This document shows, in pieces, positions 64,000 through 64,000 of a DNA stretch of 64,000 nucleotides (the stretch's first letter is position 1; every line of letters starts with the position of its first letter). The position numbers were made by a program, and so were the translations under genes. The stretch lies in contig CAZTNS010000002.1 in assembly GCA_964615585.1 (NCBI GenBank), positions 625 through 64,624 of the forward strand, read 5' to 3'. The notes under the pieces are model-generated. The model did no database searches, was not told where the DNA came from, and was given only the letters and a program-made list of their open reading frames with translations. This DNA is from an uncultured Bacteroidales bacterium (GTDB lineage Bacteria > Bacteroidota > Bacteroidia > Bacteroidales > ML635J-15).

Positions 64000-64000
64000 G

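Overview
This is a Bacteroidota-type chromosomal segment: T9SS C-terminal sorting domains, BatD/BatE, TonB-dependent receptor, TAnnTTTG -7 promoter boxes, and SecA/RpoD/BamD synteny. Most of it is ordinary housekeeping: secA, recN, coaBC, rpoZ, bamD, gcvT, dapF, rsmE, rpoD, rpmH, htrA, a DEAD-box helicase and tRNA-Lys. The left 7 kb is a TetR-TolC-HlyD-ATPase-ATPase-permease-permease exporter operon of the YbhGFSR type. Its intergenic gaps have been invaded by unusual inserts. The most interesting signal is non-coding. It is a family of intergenic hairpin cassettes whose arms are built from strictly phased 7-8 nt micro-repeats, seen at roughly ten loci. Some of these carry or adjoin small ORFs: a four-helix-bundle 23S-IVS/Avd-type protein, an HNH nuclease, and a decayed GxxExxY nuclease. 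Two cassettes are themselves cargo of TIR-bounded MITEs. Those MITEs form a nested insertion (22-bp TIRs, 8-bp target duplications) inside an IS-end fragment at 19.2-20.1 kb. Other notable items are listed below.
- A tandem pair of small secreted six-repeat proteins.
- An AmgK-like kinase fused to a RapZ C-terminal domain next to a MurU-like gene.
- A translationally coupled nucleotidyltransferase and metallophosphoesterase pair.
- A doubly frameshifted T9SS GLUG protein.
No CRISPR array, rRNA, prophage or recognisable defence system was seen. Three coding regions missing from the ORF track were recovered by hand: two edge-truncated ORFs and rpmH.
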